From assembly GCA_041946805.1 (NCBI GenBank), contig JBHGBC010000017.1, positions 1 to 54,913 on the forward strand: a stretch of 54,913 nucleotides of DNA. Reading direction: 5' to 3'. Under the pieces are notes generated by a model that made no database searches, was not told where the DNA came from, and saw only the letters and a program-made list of their open reading frames with translations. Made by a program: the position numbers and the translations under genes. Positions 38,212-50,128 of this stretch are shown piece after piece. Positions within the stretch are counted from its first letter, which is position 1; the number at the start of each line of letters is the position of its first letter. This stretch comes from a bacterium. GTDB lineage: Bacteria; Hinthialibacterota; Hinthialibacteria; Hinthialibacterales; Hinthialibacteraceae.

Positions 38212-39090
38212 ATGCCTTCATCCAAACAATTACGCCGCCGGATCCGCACGGTGAACAACACCAAATTGATCACCCGCGCCATGCGGTCGGTTTCCGCCTC
38301 CAAAATGCACCGGACGCAGGAACGGCGCGCCCGGGTGCGCCCATACGCGGACCGGCTGCGGCAGATGGTGGCGGAAGTGATGCGGAGCGTGGGAAGCGAA
38401 GGCCAGCCGTTGATGCAGGTGCGCGATACGGGCCGGCAACTGATCGTGTTGTTCTCGTCCGACCGGGGGCTGTGCGGGTCGTTCAATCATTCGATTCTCC
38501 GGTACGCGGCCGACTACGCCGATTCGTTGTCCGGAGACTTCGCCTTCTACGCCATCGGGATCCGGGCCCAGAAATATATGGAAAAGCGGGGCTACGACGT
38601 GGTCCGGGCGCACCGGGATTTCCGGGGCAACATCGACCTGCCGCGTATTCTGGAGACCGCCCGCGACATCCAGGATCTTTTCTTGCACGGCGGTTTCAAC
38701 CAGGTCGAGCTGATTTACAACCAGGCCATCACCGCCATGACCTACCGGGTCCGGCGGGAACGGTTTTTGCCCCTGGACGCGGAAACCCTGTTGGCCGGAA
38801 TGAAAGCCGACCTGGCGGCGCGGGAACGGCTGGATTACATCTTCGAGCCGGATCCCCGAACGATCCTGGGCCACATTTTGCCCCTGTACGTGGAAACCCA
38901 AATTTTCTATTCGTTTACCGACGCCTTCACGGCGGAGCATCAGGCCCGCATGATGGCCATGACCACCGCCAACCAGAACTGTGAGGAGTTGATGAGCGCG
39001 TTGACTCTCCAGTTGAACAAGGCCCGGCAAACCGCGATCACCAAGGAGATCCTGGAGATCGTGGGCGGCGCCGAGGCCCTCAAGGGATAA
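38212..39090 (+). CDS. atpG: ATP synthase F1 subunit gamma
   Basis: ITRAMRSVSASK, SSDRGLCGSFN, EHQARMMAM, NKARQTAITKEILEIVGG. Confidence 0.98.
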   Translation: MPSSKQLRRRIRTVNNTKLITRAMRSVSASKMHRTQERRARVRPYADRLRQMVAEVMRSVGSEGQPLMQVRDTGRQLIVLFSSDRGLCGSFNHSILRYAADYADSLSGDFAFYAIGIRAQKYMEKRGYDVVRAHRDFRGNIDLPRILETARDIQDLFLHGGFNQVELIYNQAITAMTYRVRRERFLPLDAETLLAGMKADLAARERLDYIFEPDPRTILGHILPLYVETQIFYSFTDAFTAEHQARMMAMTTANQNCEELMSALTLQLNKARQTAITKEILEIVGGAEALKG

Positions 39091-39140
39091 CCGGGGCCCG
39101 GGCGGTCCCACTCATACGATTCAATCCGATTCAGGAGTGA

Positions 39141-40556
<1,416 letters not shown>

Positions 40557-40580
40557 CGGGATTGGAAGAAACGGGTTCCC

Positions 40581-40853
40581 ATGGCTGCCACCTATCCGTT
40601 GCGGATCATCACTCACGAAGAAACCGTTTTCGAGGGGGATGTGGAATCCTTGATCGCTCCGGGAGCCCTGGGATCCCTGGGCATCCTGGCCCACCACGCG
40701 CCCTTGCTCACCATCTTGACCGAAGGCAAGATGACCATTCGGGATGCCCAAGGCCGCCCTCATCTGTTCCGGGTCAAGGGAGGCCTTCTGGAAGTCTCCC
40801 GCAACCACGCCGTGGTGCTGACCGAGAATATCGAGCGGATCCAAACCACCTGA
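40581..40853 (+). CDS. atpC: ATP synthase F1 subunit epsilon (N-terminal domain only)
   Basis: PGALGSLGILAHHAPLLT, VKGGLLEV; ends at 90 aa. Confidence 0.9.
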   Translation: MAATYPLRIITHEETVFEGDVESLIAPGALGSLGILAHHAPLLTILTEGKMTIRDAQGRPHLFRVKGGLLEVSRNHAVVLTENIERIQTT

Positions 40854-40887
40854 TCCAGAATTCCGGTTCGCTGGGCTTGGGGATTGA

Positions 40888-40931
40888 CCGCCATCCCTTG
40901 GGTAGCAGGGGGACGGGTGTTTTTTTATTTT
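40888..40931 (+). terminator. Probable intrinsic terminator of the atp operon
   Basis: Imperfect CCCTTG/CAGGGG stem followed by TTTTTTTATTTT. Confidence 0.5.
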
Positions 40932-41027
40932 CCCGAAGGGGCTGGCGCGCCGGGGGAAGTTACGCGCCAGCCGATACAATTGGATCGAATTCCGGCCATT
41001 CATCTTTTGAATCGTGGGGAAATGACC

Positions 41028-42266
41028 ATGGCTCAGTACATCTCCATCCCGCCGGATGGCAAAACAATCGCGATCGAGAACGGCCGCCTGGCGGTTCCGG
41101 ACCATCCCATCATTCCATACGTGGAAGGCGACGGCATCGGCGTGGATATCACGCCCGCCATGAAGCGGGTGCTGGACGCCGCCGTGGACAAGGCTTACGG
41201 CGGATCGAAGCGCATCGCCTGGATGGAAGTCCTCGCGGGCGAAAAGGCCCAGCAGCGCTACGGGGAATACCTGCCCCAGGAGACGCTCGATGCGTTTTCC
41301 GAGTTCCACGTGGCGATCAAAGGCCCCCTGACCACGCCCATCGGCGGCGGTTTCCGGTCGTTGAACGTCACTATCCGCCAGGTCCTCGACCTGTACGCCT
41401 GCGTTCGGCCGGTGCGCTATTTCGAAGGCGTTCCCAGCCCCGTGAAGCATCCCGAAAAACTCGACGTGGTCATCTTCCGGGAGAACACCGAGGATGTCTA
41501 CGCGGGGATCGAATGGCAACAAGGGACCGAGGAAGCCAAGAAAGTAATCCAGTTTCTCAAGAAGGAGATGGGCAAGACGGTGCGGGAGGATTCGGGCATC
41601 GGCATCAAGCCCATGAGCGTCTTCGGCAGCCAGCGGCTGGTCCGGTCGGCCATTCGTTACGCCATCCAGCGTCGGCGGCCGTCGGTGACGTTGGTGCACA
41701 AGGGCAACATCATGAAATATACCGAGGGCGCGTTCCGGGATTGGGGCTACCAGCTGGCCCGGGAGGAATTCGGGGACGTGACCGTCACCGAGGAGGAAGT
41801 GAACACGAAACACAACGGCCGGGTGCCGGAGGGCAAGATCGTCATCAAGGACCGGATCGCCGATTCCATGTTCCAGCAAGTCTTGCTGCGGCCGGATGAA
41901 TACGGCGTGTGCGCCATGCCCAACCTCAACGGCGATTACCTCTCCGACGCCTGTGCCGCCCAGGTCGGCGGCCTGGGGATGGCCCCGGGGGCGAACATCG
42001 GCGACAGTGTGGCCGTCTTCGAGGCGACCCACGGGACCGCCCCCAAGTACGCCGGGCAGGACAAGGTCAATCCGGGATCGCTGATCCTTTCCGGGGTGAT
42101 GCTGCTCGAACACCTGGGCTGGGACGAGGCCGCCCGGCTGGTCATCCGCGGCATGGAAGAGTCGATCAAGCAGAAGAAAGTGACCTATGACCTGGAACGG
42201 CAGATGCCAGGCGCGGTCTTGTTGAAATGCTCCGAATTCGGCGAGGCGGTGGTTTCCAACATGTGA
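41028..42266 (+). CDS. icd: Isocitrate dehydrogenase (homodimeric, E. coli-like)
   Basis: [62 protein letters not shown] 41028 preferred. Confidence 0.98.
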   Translation: MAQYISIPPDGKTIAIENGRLAVPDHPIIPYVEGDGIGVDITPAMKRVLDAAVDKAYGGSKRIAWMEVLAGEKAQQRYGEYLPQETLDAFSEFHVAIKGPLTTPIGGGFRSLNVTIRQVLDLYACVRPVRYFEGVPSPVKHPEKLDVVIFRENTEDVYAGIEWQQGTEEAKKVIQFLKKEMGKTVREDSGIGIKPMSVFGSQRLVRSAIRYAIQRRRPSVTLVHKGNIMKYTEGAFRDWGYQLAREEFGDVTVTEEEVNTKHNGRVPEGKIVIKDRIADSMFQQVLLRPDEYGVCAMPNLNGDYLSDACAAQVGGLGMAPGANIGDSVAVFEATHGTAPKYAGQDKVNPGSLILSGVMLLEHLGWDEAARLVIRGMEESIKQKKVTYDLERQMPGAVLLKCSEFGEAVVSNM

Positions 42267-42369
42267 GAGGAGCGCGGCGGCCGGCATTGAGAACCACGCT
42301 GGCCGGTGGAAATCCATTCCCAACGGAAGCAAGTCATTCCCGGATTCGGGTCGAGCAAGGAGAAAAATC

Positions 42370-43302
42370 ATGCAAAACAAGATCACAGTCGTGGGCGCGG
42401 GAAACGTGGGCGCCAGTTGCGCCCTGTATCTGGCCCAACAGGCGCTCGGAGACGTGGTGCTGGTGGATATCGTGGAAGGCGTTCCCCAAGGCAAGGGGCT
42501 GGACCTGTTGCAAGCGGGCGCCGTGTTGGGGTATGACGGCTCGGTCACCGGAACCAATAAATACGAAGACACGGCGAATTCGGACATCGTGGTCATCACC
42601 GCCGGGCTGGCGCGCAAACCGGGCATGGACCGCCTGGATTTGCTGAAGAAAAACGCCGGCATCGTCAGCGGCATCGTGGACCAGTGCGTTCAATATTCCC
42701 CCAATTGCATCATCGTCGTGGTGACCAATCCCATCGACGTGATGGTGTACCTGGCCTACAAGAAGTCCGGATTCCCCAGCCAGCGCGTGGTGGGTCAGGC
42801 CGGCGTGCTGGATTCCGCCCGCTACGCCGCGTTCATCGCCATGGAACTGGGCGTCTCGGTGAAGGAAATCCGCGCCATGGTGCTGGGCGGCCACGGCGAC
42901 TCGATGGTCCCCCTCCCCCGTTTCAGCACGGTGTCGGGCATCCCCATCACTGAACTGATTCCGCCTCACCGGATCAAGGCCATCAGCGACCGGACGCGTG
43001 TGGGCGGCGGGGAAATCGTGAAACTGTTGGGGACGGGCAGCGCCTACTACGCGCCGGCCGCCGCCACGGTGAAGATGGTCGAATCCATTCTGCGCGACAG
43101 CAACCAGGTCCTCCCCTGCTCGGCTTACCTGACAGGCCAGTACGGCATCAGCGATCTGTACGTCGGCGTGCCGGTCAAACTCGGCCGCCAGGGTGTCACC
43201 GAAATCATCGAACTGAAATTGGACCCCAAGGAACACCAGGAACTGCTCAATTCCGCGGAATCGTACCGCAAGGCGATCCAGGAACTGGAAGGCTTGATCT
43301 GA
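42370..43302 (+). CDS. mdh: Malate dehydrogenase (LDH-like)
   Basis: [38 protein letters not shown]. Confidence 0.96.
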   Translation: MQNKITVVGAGNVGASCALYLAQQALGDVVLVDIVEGVPQGKGLDLLQAGAVLGYDGSVTGTNKYEDTANSDIVVITAGLARKPGMDRLDLLKKNAGIVSGIVDQCVQYSPNCIIVVVTNPIDVMVYLAYKKSGFPSQRVVGQAGVLDSARYAAFIAMELGVSVKEIRAMVLGGHGDSMVPLPRFSTVSGIPITELIPPHRIKAISDRTRVGGGEIVKLLGTGSAYYAPAAATVKMVESILRDSNQVLPCSAYLTGQYGISDLYVGVPVKLGRQGVTEIIELKLDPKEHQELLNSAESYRKAIQELEGLI

Positions 43303-43551
43303 CAGCGAAGCGAACCGCTCGATGAAAGTAGTGGATATTACCGACGGAGTGTTCAATGTACTGGAATGAGGGATCAAAACGCAATATAGCCCGTCGAAAG
43401 TGATTGGATCTCCGTTTGCACGGGGATGACCTAGCATTCTTGATTGCCGGCGATTGGATCCGCCTATCCTCCGCCTCATGATTCCATACGTCTTGGGTTT
43501 GAGGGCAAATCGGGGGAAAATGATCCGTAAATCCGATAGGTTGGAAGCAAG

Positions 43552-44202
43552 ATGATAATTAAATATCTCGGGCATTCTGCGTTTTTATTCAAGGCCGATG
43601 GCGGCACCACGGTTCTGACCGATCCCTACAAGCCGGGCGCCTACGGCGGGGCGCTGACCTACGCCGCAATCACCGATTCGGCCGATATCGTGATTCTCAG
43701 CCATGAGCACGAGGACCACGCCGATTTGCAAAGCCTCCCCAATCAGCCCCTCGTGGTGCGTTCCGAAGCCCGGGTGCGCGGGATTGAGTTCGATGTCGTT
43801 CCGACCTGCCACGACAACGCCGGAGGAAAAGAACGGGGCAAAAACCGGCTCACCTGTTTTATCATGGATGACATCCGCGTGTGTCATGCCGGCGATCTGG
43901 GCCATGTACTCTCCGAACAGCAGGTCCGGGACACCGGAGTGGTCGACGTCCTTCTGCTTCCCGTCGGCGGACGCTTCACGATCGGTCCGGCCGAGGCCAC
44001 CCGGGTGGTGGAACAGCTGCGCCCCAAGGTGGTGATTCCCATGCACTTCAAGACGGACAAATGTGGCTTTCCCATCGAGCCGGTGAATCTCTTTCTCGAG
44101 GGCAAATCCGAGATCAAGCGCTCCCCCACCAGCGAAGTGATTCTGCACAAAAAAGATCTTCCCGCGAGTTGCACGGTCCTTTATATCCCGCCGGGAAATT
44201 GA
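43552..44202 (+). CDS. MBL-fold metallo-hydrolase
   Basis: YLGHSAF, DPY, SHEHEDH, CHAGDLGH, PVGG, IPMHF. Confidence 0.92.
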   Translation: MIIKYLGHSAFLFKADGGTTVLTDPYKPGAYGGALTYAAITDSADIVILSHEHEDHADLQSLPNQPLVVRSEARVRGIEFDVVPTCHDNAGGKERGKNRLTCFIMDDIRVCHAGDLGHVLSEQQVRDTGVVDVLLLPVGGRFTIGPAEATRVVEQLRPKVVIPMHFKTDKCGFPIEPVNLFLEGKSEIKRSPTSEVILHKKDLPASCTVLYIPPGN

Positions 44203-44571
<369 letters not shown>

Positions 44572-44588
44572 CGCGGTTCCCGCCGGAT

Positions 44589-45476
44589 TTACACCGATTC
44601 TCCCAGATTGAATTTATAGCGCAGCACTTGTGAAAACGCCCGTTCCGGCATCGAAATGGTCGGCACGGTGTGTTTCGACCGCTGCACGATCACCCGGTCG
44701 CTCGAATGCAGGGTGGTTCGGATTTGCCCGTCCAGAATCAAAACCAGATCCGCCGTGTGTTCTTGAAACCAGATCCGCAGTTCTTTTTCACCCCCGATCA
44801 CCAACGGCCGGTTGAAGAGGGAGTGGGGGGAGACCGGCGTGATCACCAGCGCCGGCAGGTGTGGCTCGAGGATCGGCCCGCCCGCCGACAGCGAATGGCC
44901 CGTGGAGCCGTTGGGCGTGGCAATGATGATCCCATCCGCCCGGTAGGCGAGCGCCGACTCCTCGCTTTCACCCAGCCATAATTTCAACAGCCGGCCTGGC
45001 TGGCTGAGCGTGATGAGGGCCTCGTTCAACGCCAGCGAGTGAAACACACAGGTTATTTCCTCTTTCGCGGGGCGTTCCACCCGCGCTTCCAGGAAGAAGC
45101 GGTTTTGAGTCCGGTAATTTCCGGTAATGAGGCACTGCAAGGCTTGTTCCAGTTCATGGCACGCGGCGGCGGTCAGGAATCCGAAGCCTCCCAGGTTGAC
45201 GCCCATGATGGGCCGGGGATTCTCCGCGGTTTGCCGGGCCACACCGAGAATGGTGCCATCGCCGCCCAAGACCAGCACCACATCGAATTCCCGCGCCTGG
45301 CGGGCCAGCGGTTCATCCAGTTCGCCGGGGTGCGGTTGATACGCCTGGAGAGTGGTGAGGATACCGGCCTGGTTCAAAATATCCCGCGCCTCCCCGGCGA
45401 TGGTGAGGGCGTTGTTTTTGTGGGGGTTGTATACGATCAAAATCCGGGCGGGTTTTCGGGGCGCGTTGTCTGTCAT
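44589..45476 (-). CDS. nadK: NAD(+) kinase
   Basis: LGGDGT, GFGFL, ALNE, ADGIIIATPNGSTGHSLSAGGP. Confidence 0.95.
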   Translation of the reverse strand: MTDNAPRKPARILIVYNPHKNNALTIAGEARDILNQAGILTTLQAYQPHPGELDEPLARQAREFDVVLVLGGDGTILGVARQTAENPRPIMGVNLGGFGFLTAAACHELEQALQCLITGNYRTQNRFFLEARVERPAKEEITCVFHSLALNEALITLSQPGRLLKLWLGESEESALAYRADGIIIATPNGSTGHSLSAGGPILEPHLPALVITPVSPHSLFNRPLVIGGEKELRIWFQEHTADLVLILDGQIRTTLHSSDRVIVQRSKHTVPTISMPERAFSQVLRYKFNLGESV

Positions 45477-46288
45477 GAGGCATCCGGTTCCTTTGCATGG
45501 GCTTCAAGCACGGTGGTCCGCAGATGGCCGGGAGAAACTGAATCTTCGGGCGCGCCGGGACTTATCCACATCAAAAATTCGATATTACCCGACTTTCCCG
45601 CGATCGGGGAGGGTGCGGCGCCGCGCACCCGCCAGCCCGCCTCCAAGAAAAACCGCCGGCGCTCCAGCAGCACTTCCAGATGGTCCTCCGGATTTTTGAC
45701 AATCCCTTTTTTCCCCACCTTGCCTTTCCCGATTTCGAACTGGGGCTTGATCAGCAAGATAGCTTGGCCCATGGGCTTGAGAATCCGGACGATGGCCGGG
45801 AATACGGTTTGGATGCCGATGAAGGAGAGATCGGCCACTACCAGGTCCACTGGTTCACCGAGTGCGGCAGCGTCCAGATGGCGGCAGTTGGTGCGGTCCA
45901 TGACCACAACGCGGGGATCGGTTTGCAGCGCGTACGCCAGCTGGCCATGGCCCACGTCCACCGCGTAGACTTTCCGGGCGCCATGGCGCAGAAGACAATC
46001 CGTGAATCCCCCCGTCGAGGCTCCCAGGTCGGCGGCGGTCAGGCCGGTGACGTCCACGCCGAAACGCCGCAGAGCGGCTTCCAGTTTGAGACCTCCGCGG
46101 CTGGTGTAGGAACTCTCTTTCTGGACAATACGCACCGCCACGCCGGAGGCGACTTGAACCCCCGGCTTGTCGTGGACGGTTTCCTGGACCAGCACTTTCC
46201 CCGCGCGGATCAAGCGCTGCGCTTCTTCGCGGTTGCGGGCGAGATTCTGTTGCACCAAAAGCTGATCCAACCGGATTTTTTCATTCAT
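45473..46288 (-). CDS. tlyA: TlyA-family rRNA 2'-O-methyltransferase
   Basis: S4 domain RLDQLLV; SRGGLKL, DLGASTGGFTD, VDVGHGQL, DLSFI, KPQFE, GNIEFL; 4-nt overlap with nadK. Confidence 0.95.
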   Translation of the reverse strand: MNEKIRLDQLLVQQNLARNREEAQRLIRAGKVLVQETVHDKPGVQVASGVAVRIVQKESSYTSRGGLKLEAALRRFGVDVTGLTAADLGASTGGFTDCLLRHGARKVYAVDVGHGQLAYALQTDPRVVVMDRTNCRHLDAAALGEPVDLVVADLSFIGIQTVFPAIVRILKPMGQAILLIKPQFEIGKGKVGKKGIVKNPEDHLEVLLERRRFFLEAGWRVRGAAPSPIAGKSGNIEFLMWISPGAPEDSVSPGHLRTTVLEAHAKEPDAS

Positions 46289-46310
46289 GATTCACATGGC
46301 GCCCATTACC

Positions 46311-46639
46311 ATCCAGGTCATCTTGTCCATCCTGACCATCCAGATTCAGACCATCCCCTCCCTCAGCGGTTCCCCTCCCTAGTGGGAGAGGGCCGGGGTG
46401 AGGGAATCTTGTAGATGCGGACCCAAAACCTACCGTAGGTTAAAACCTACGGCTAATCATATGAATCCCCTTCGGGGATTGTCCCCGCTCCCACCAGAAC
46501 CGTAGGATGGGTTTGCGCGCCAGCGCGTAACCCATCAAATCCAGGTCATCTTGTCCATCTTGACCATCCTGATTCAGACCATCCCCTCCCTCAGCGGCTC
46601 CCCTCCCTTGTGGGAGAGAGCCGGGGGGAGGGAAAGCCT
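46311..46639. repeat. Duplicated 96-bp composite repeat with intervening REP-like hairpins
   Basis: 46311-46406 and 46539-46634 differ at 6 of 96 positions by manual alignment. Between them lie CCGTAGGTTAAAACCTACGG, AATCCCCTTCGGGGATT and GTAGGATGGGTT..AACCCATC. Confidence 0.9.
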
Positions 46640-46685
46640 ATCTATTTTTATTCGGTTTCTGCCTTCATCAATCCTGAGCGGCGCC

Positions 46686-47624
46686 TTACACTCCCCCCAC
46701 CCGTTCGAGCGGCACGCCCCGGGCGGCCGTCCGCGCGCCGTGGTGCTGTCCCCAGGCCGAAGCCCAGGCGTAGCGGGGGACATTGGCCATCCATCGGATC
46801 CAGCGGATAGACCACTCCGGACGACCGGCCAGGTACCGCCAATCCCGGATTGTCGTCAAACCGATCGAGCGCCAGACGGACCGGCGCGTGGGGACGGTCC
46901 GCAGGCCGAAGAGATGGTACAAGCGGTAGTGGTCCACGAACGTCCGCTTATACACGTATTCCGCCGGCCGTTCATGGGAATGGATCACCGCCGCGTCCGG
47001 TTCATACACGATGGTATAACCGTTGCACAGCGCCCGGTACGCCCATTCGAGATCCTCGCCGAAAGGCACGCGCGGAAAGGGCAGCCTTTCCCACACCTCC
47101 CGCCGGATCAGGCTGGCAACGTTATCAAAAACACAGAAAAGATAACGCCGCATTGGATCCAAAGCGTGAAAGTGCGAATTCGCGTCCAAGCGCGACACGC
47201 GCCGGTGGGATGTTCCGCTGATCCAGGTTTCGGCATCCCGCCGGATCAGAGGGGAAGCGTCCGGCCGCGGGATCTGCCGGGCGTATGCGCCCGCCGCTGT
47301 CTCCGCATACAGCGACCGGACCAGGGTGGCGAGATAGGCCTCCCCGGCGGGCTGGGCGTCCTGGGTGAGCAGGGCGATCAACCGGCCGCTGGTGTGCCGG
47401 ACGCCCAGGTTTCGGGTTTCCCCATGATTGAAAGTGGCGGGATCGATGCGGACCACCTTGGCCCCGTACGCCCGGGCCGTTTCCGGCGTGCCATCGGTGG
47501 AGCCGGAATCGACAATGACCAGTTCGGCGTCCGCGTACTCCTGTTGACGCCGGAGCATGGCGAGCAAGGGCTCCCATTCCGGTCCCGCGTTCAAGGTGGG
47601 GATCACGAGGCTGAGTTCGGTCAC
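46686..47624 (-). CDS. GT2 glycosyltransferase (rhamnosyltransferase-like)
   Basis: SLVIPTLNAG, VDSGSTDGT, FNHGETRN, LTQDA, YARQIP, FGEDLEW, VIHSH. Confidence 0.9.
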   Translation of the reverse strand: MTELSLVIPTLNAGPEWEPLLAMLRRQQEYADAELVIVDSGSTDGTPETARAYGAKVVRIDPATFNHGETRNLGVRHTSGRLIALLTQDAQPAGEAYLATLVRSLYAETAAGAYARQIPRPDASPLIRRDAETWISGTSHRRVSRLDANSHFHALDPMRRYLFCVFDNVASLIRREVWERLPFPRVPFGEDLEWAYRALCNGYTIVYEPDAAVIHSHERPAEYVYKRTFVDHYRLYHLFGLRTVPTRRSVWRSIGLTTIRDWRYLAGRPEWSIRWIRWMANVPRYAWASAWGQHHGARTAARGVPLERVGGV

Positions 47625-47724
47625 CGCGTCTTCCTTTCTGTCAGGTAAAGAGCCTGTTTGGGGGATGGATGTATTGTATCAGGTTTTCCTGAGTGTTCGA
47701 TTGAGACGCCAAGAGTCCGGCATT

Positions 47725-47916
47725 AATTTTTAAAAATTTAAAATAAATCGGCTAAAATCACTGAGTGCTTCAATTTAACCGAGTTGGCGAAAATCGTTTC
47801 TTATTTAAATGAATAAGCATACGGTTTCTTAAAAAAGAAGCATTTTTTGCGTGTTTTTATGGGCGCATTCATGGGACCATCATGTGTGCCGAGTTATAAT
47901 ACGGTCATCGTATAAT
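47725..47916. promoter_or_regulatory. AT-rich divergent promoter region with palindromes and two TATAAT boxes
   Basis: AATTTTTAAAAATT perfect palindrome (47725-47738); TCGGCTAAAAT..ATTTAACCGA inverted pair around CACTGAGTG; TATAAT at 47895 and 47911 on the + strand; no good -35 box. Confidence 0.5.
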
Positions 47917-48003
47917 GTTGCAGGTGATCCCGGCGCAGTCCGTTTTTTCGCGCGCGGGGAATGTCGCGGTGATGGCCACGCATAACGTGATGAGGTAGGA
48001 ACC

Positions 48004-49407
48004 ATGAAGGGCAAATTCAATGATCATGGAAGCTTGAAGGGTGTCAGCGTCTCCATTTTGGCGCCCAAGGGAAAATCAGAGAGAGTCTGGTGTGATGGGC
48101 TTATCAAACTGGGCTGCAACGTCTACCACGCCGACAGCGTGGACAAACTCATTAAACTGGCCGCCCGCACTCCCTCCAAGGCGTTGATCGTCGATTGCGA
48201 ACTGTGCGGCAGTTTGTTCGAGAAATGGGACGAAAACGCCGCGAACCGGGAGAACCTGGGCCGGGAAATCATCCTGATCGCGGAGCCCGATTCCCTGGCC
48301 GAGGGCAGCCAATGGGCGCGCAAATGCCAAGGGTATGTGCTCACGTCGCCGGTATTCCTGGATGAATTGATCATCCTGCTGGAACGCGCGCTGGAAGCCG
48401 ATCTGATCCGGCGGCGCCTGTTCCGTTACGAAGAGCCGGAAGCGGCGGCCGACCGCTACGGCCCGTTGGTCGTCAAATCCCCCGAAATGAAAGACGTGGT
48501 GCGGCTGGCCCGGATTCTGGCCACCCGCGAAGACCCCATCCTGTTCGTCGGGGGAATCGGGACGGGCAAGGAACTTGCGGCGCAGACCATCCACCAGCAT
48601 GGAGGTCGCCGGCACGGCCCGTTTTTTGCGGTCAGTTGCCGCTCGTTCTCCAGCGAGGACCTGGCGGTGGAACTGTTCGGGCGTGGAGAACCGGGAACAC
48701 CGGAAGCCTCGCAAAGCAAGACCCTGATCGAGATGTGCGAGGGGGGAACGTTGCTGCTCGATGAAATCGGCGTGATCTCGCCCAATGTGCAAGGCAAGTT
48801 GCAACGGTTCCTCGAGGACGGCACCTACACCCGGGTCAATTCGCGCACCGTCTGCAAGGCCGATGTGCGGATTTTCGCTTCCACCAGCACGCCGTTGGAT
48901 GAATCCGTGGCCAAGGGCGAATTTTCCGAGGACTTGTATTTCCGCTTGAACCGCTTCACGCTGCACCTCCCTGCCCTGCGGCGGCGGGCGGAGGATATCC
49001 CTGTTCTAACCAAGATGATCCTCAAGGGGATGGCTCAGGAAAAAGGCGGGGAACCGTTGCAGGTGACCGAGGAGACGCTCAAGATCCTGATGGATTACCA
49101 CTGGCCGGGTAATGTGCGGGAACTCGAAAACGTGCTGGAATTCGCTTCCCTGGTGGCGGGGAAGGGGCCGATCGAGCCGAAGCACCTGCCCAAGCAGTTC
49201 CATGATGAAGTGGGCAGCATCTTCGTGGGGGCTTCCGTGGAGGAATTGCCTCCCATCAGCGAAATCGAACGCCGTTACATCCTGCGCGTGATGGAGGCCA
49301 CCCGCAACAACAAGGTCCGGGCCGCCCAGATCCTGGATATCAACCGGGCCACCCTGCACCGCAAATTGCATGCCTATGAGAAACAAAAAGTGGCGGAACT
49401 CGCTTGA
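48004..49407 (+). CDS. NtrC/Fis-family AAA+ transcriptional regulator with degenerate receiver domain and no GAFTGA
   Basis: GGIGTGKELAA, GGTLLLDEIG, QGKLQRFL, FSEDLYFRLN, WPGNVRELEN, C-terminal HTH AAQILDINRATLHRKL; GAGGTAGGA RBS. Confidence 0.9.
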   Translation: MKGKFNDHGSLKGVSVSILAPKGKSERVWCDGLIKLGCNVYHADSVDKLIKLAARTPSKALIVDCELCGSLFEKWDENAANRENLGREIILIAEPDSLAEGSQWARKCQGYVLTSPVFLDELIILLERALEADLIRRRLFRYEEPEAAADRYGPLVVKSPEMKDVVRLARILATREDPILFVGGIGTGKELAAQTIHQHGGRRHGPFFAVSCRSFSSEDLAVELFGRGEPGTPEASQSKTLIEMCEGGTLLLDEIGVISPNVQGKLQRFLEDGTYTRVNSRTVCKADVRIFASTSTPLDESVAKGEFSEDLYFRLNRFTLHLPALRRRAEDIPVLTKMILKGMAQEKGGEPLQVTEETLKILMDYHWPGNVRELENVLEFASLVAGKGPIEPKHLPKQFHDEVGSIFVGASVEELPPISEIERRYILRVMEATRNNKVRAAQILDINRATLHRKLHAYEKQKVAELA

Positions 49408-49469
49408 CAACCGGCGGCCCCCCACTCAATCATCTTTCCCTTCGGGTGGAAGGATTGATGTGAAAATCG

Positions 49470-50070
49470 TGTTGGGACGGACTTAGGTGTCCGCCCAATT
49501 AACTGCGAATCCCCTCCCTTTCGGGGAGAGGGCCAGGGTGCGAGATAGAATAAAGCAGCAGAATAAAGCAGCGATGGAATAGCAGAGGCACGTTGCATCA
49601 TGCCCCTGACACACTGTCTTCCATGAATTTCCGAGTTTCATGCGAGTTCCGTGATCTCAAAGTGGACATGGCATCTGGATCCTCTCTATCGCGGGGAAGG
49701 CATCATTTCGTAACGGGGTGATTTTGTAGAAAAAAGAGTTTCCTCCGGCAAGGGATCACACATTGGCCGGAATCACGTTTCAATTCCCTGACTCCAAACC
49801 GAAGGGAAAATAGACTCCTTCCCATGCGACCTTTGGGAACCAATGGAGGGGATAGACACCATTGAAAGGCTTTTCCTCACCCTGATCCTCTCCCAGAAAG
49901 AGGGAATTGGAGTGGTTCTTTCCGGCGGATTCGATGGGATACAGATTCCACCGCTTGGGGAAAATACACACTCGCCCGATAATCCTTTTATATGAAAAAA
50001 AAGACATCTCACGGCGTTCTCCGCACCTTCGCGGTGAAATATCTGGACTCCCGCTTTCGCGGGAACGACG
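49470..50070. repeat. Intergenic region with several REP-like palindromes
   Basis: GGGACGGACTTAGGTGTCCGCCC (~49474), TCCCCTCCCTTTCGGGGAGAGGGCCAGGGTG (49510-49540), GCAGAGGCACG..TGCCCCTG (~49582), inverted AGGCTTTTCCTCACCCTGATCCTCTCCC (49867), CTGGACTCCCGCTTTCGCGGGAACGACG (50044-50070). Confidence 0.75.
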
Positions 50071-50128
50071 TCTCTTTTAAACTGGATGAAATAGGCCTTC
50101 TTCGGGCACTGTTTCCTCTTGGTCTCTC

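Noticed and set aside
45473..46288. TlyA as a haemolysin/virulence factor
   Set aside because: S4 plus methyltransferase motifs and nadK linkage indicate the housekeeping rRNA methylase; nothing supports a toxin role.
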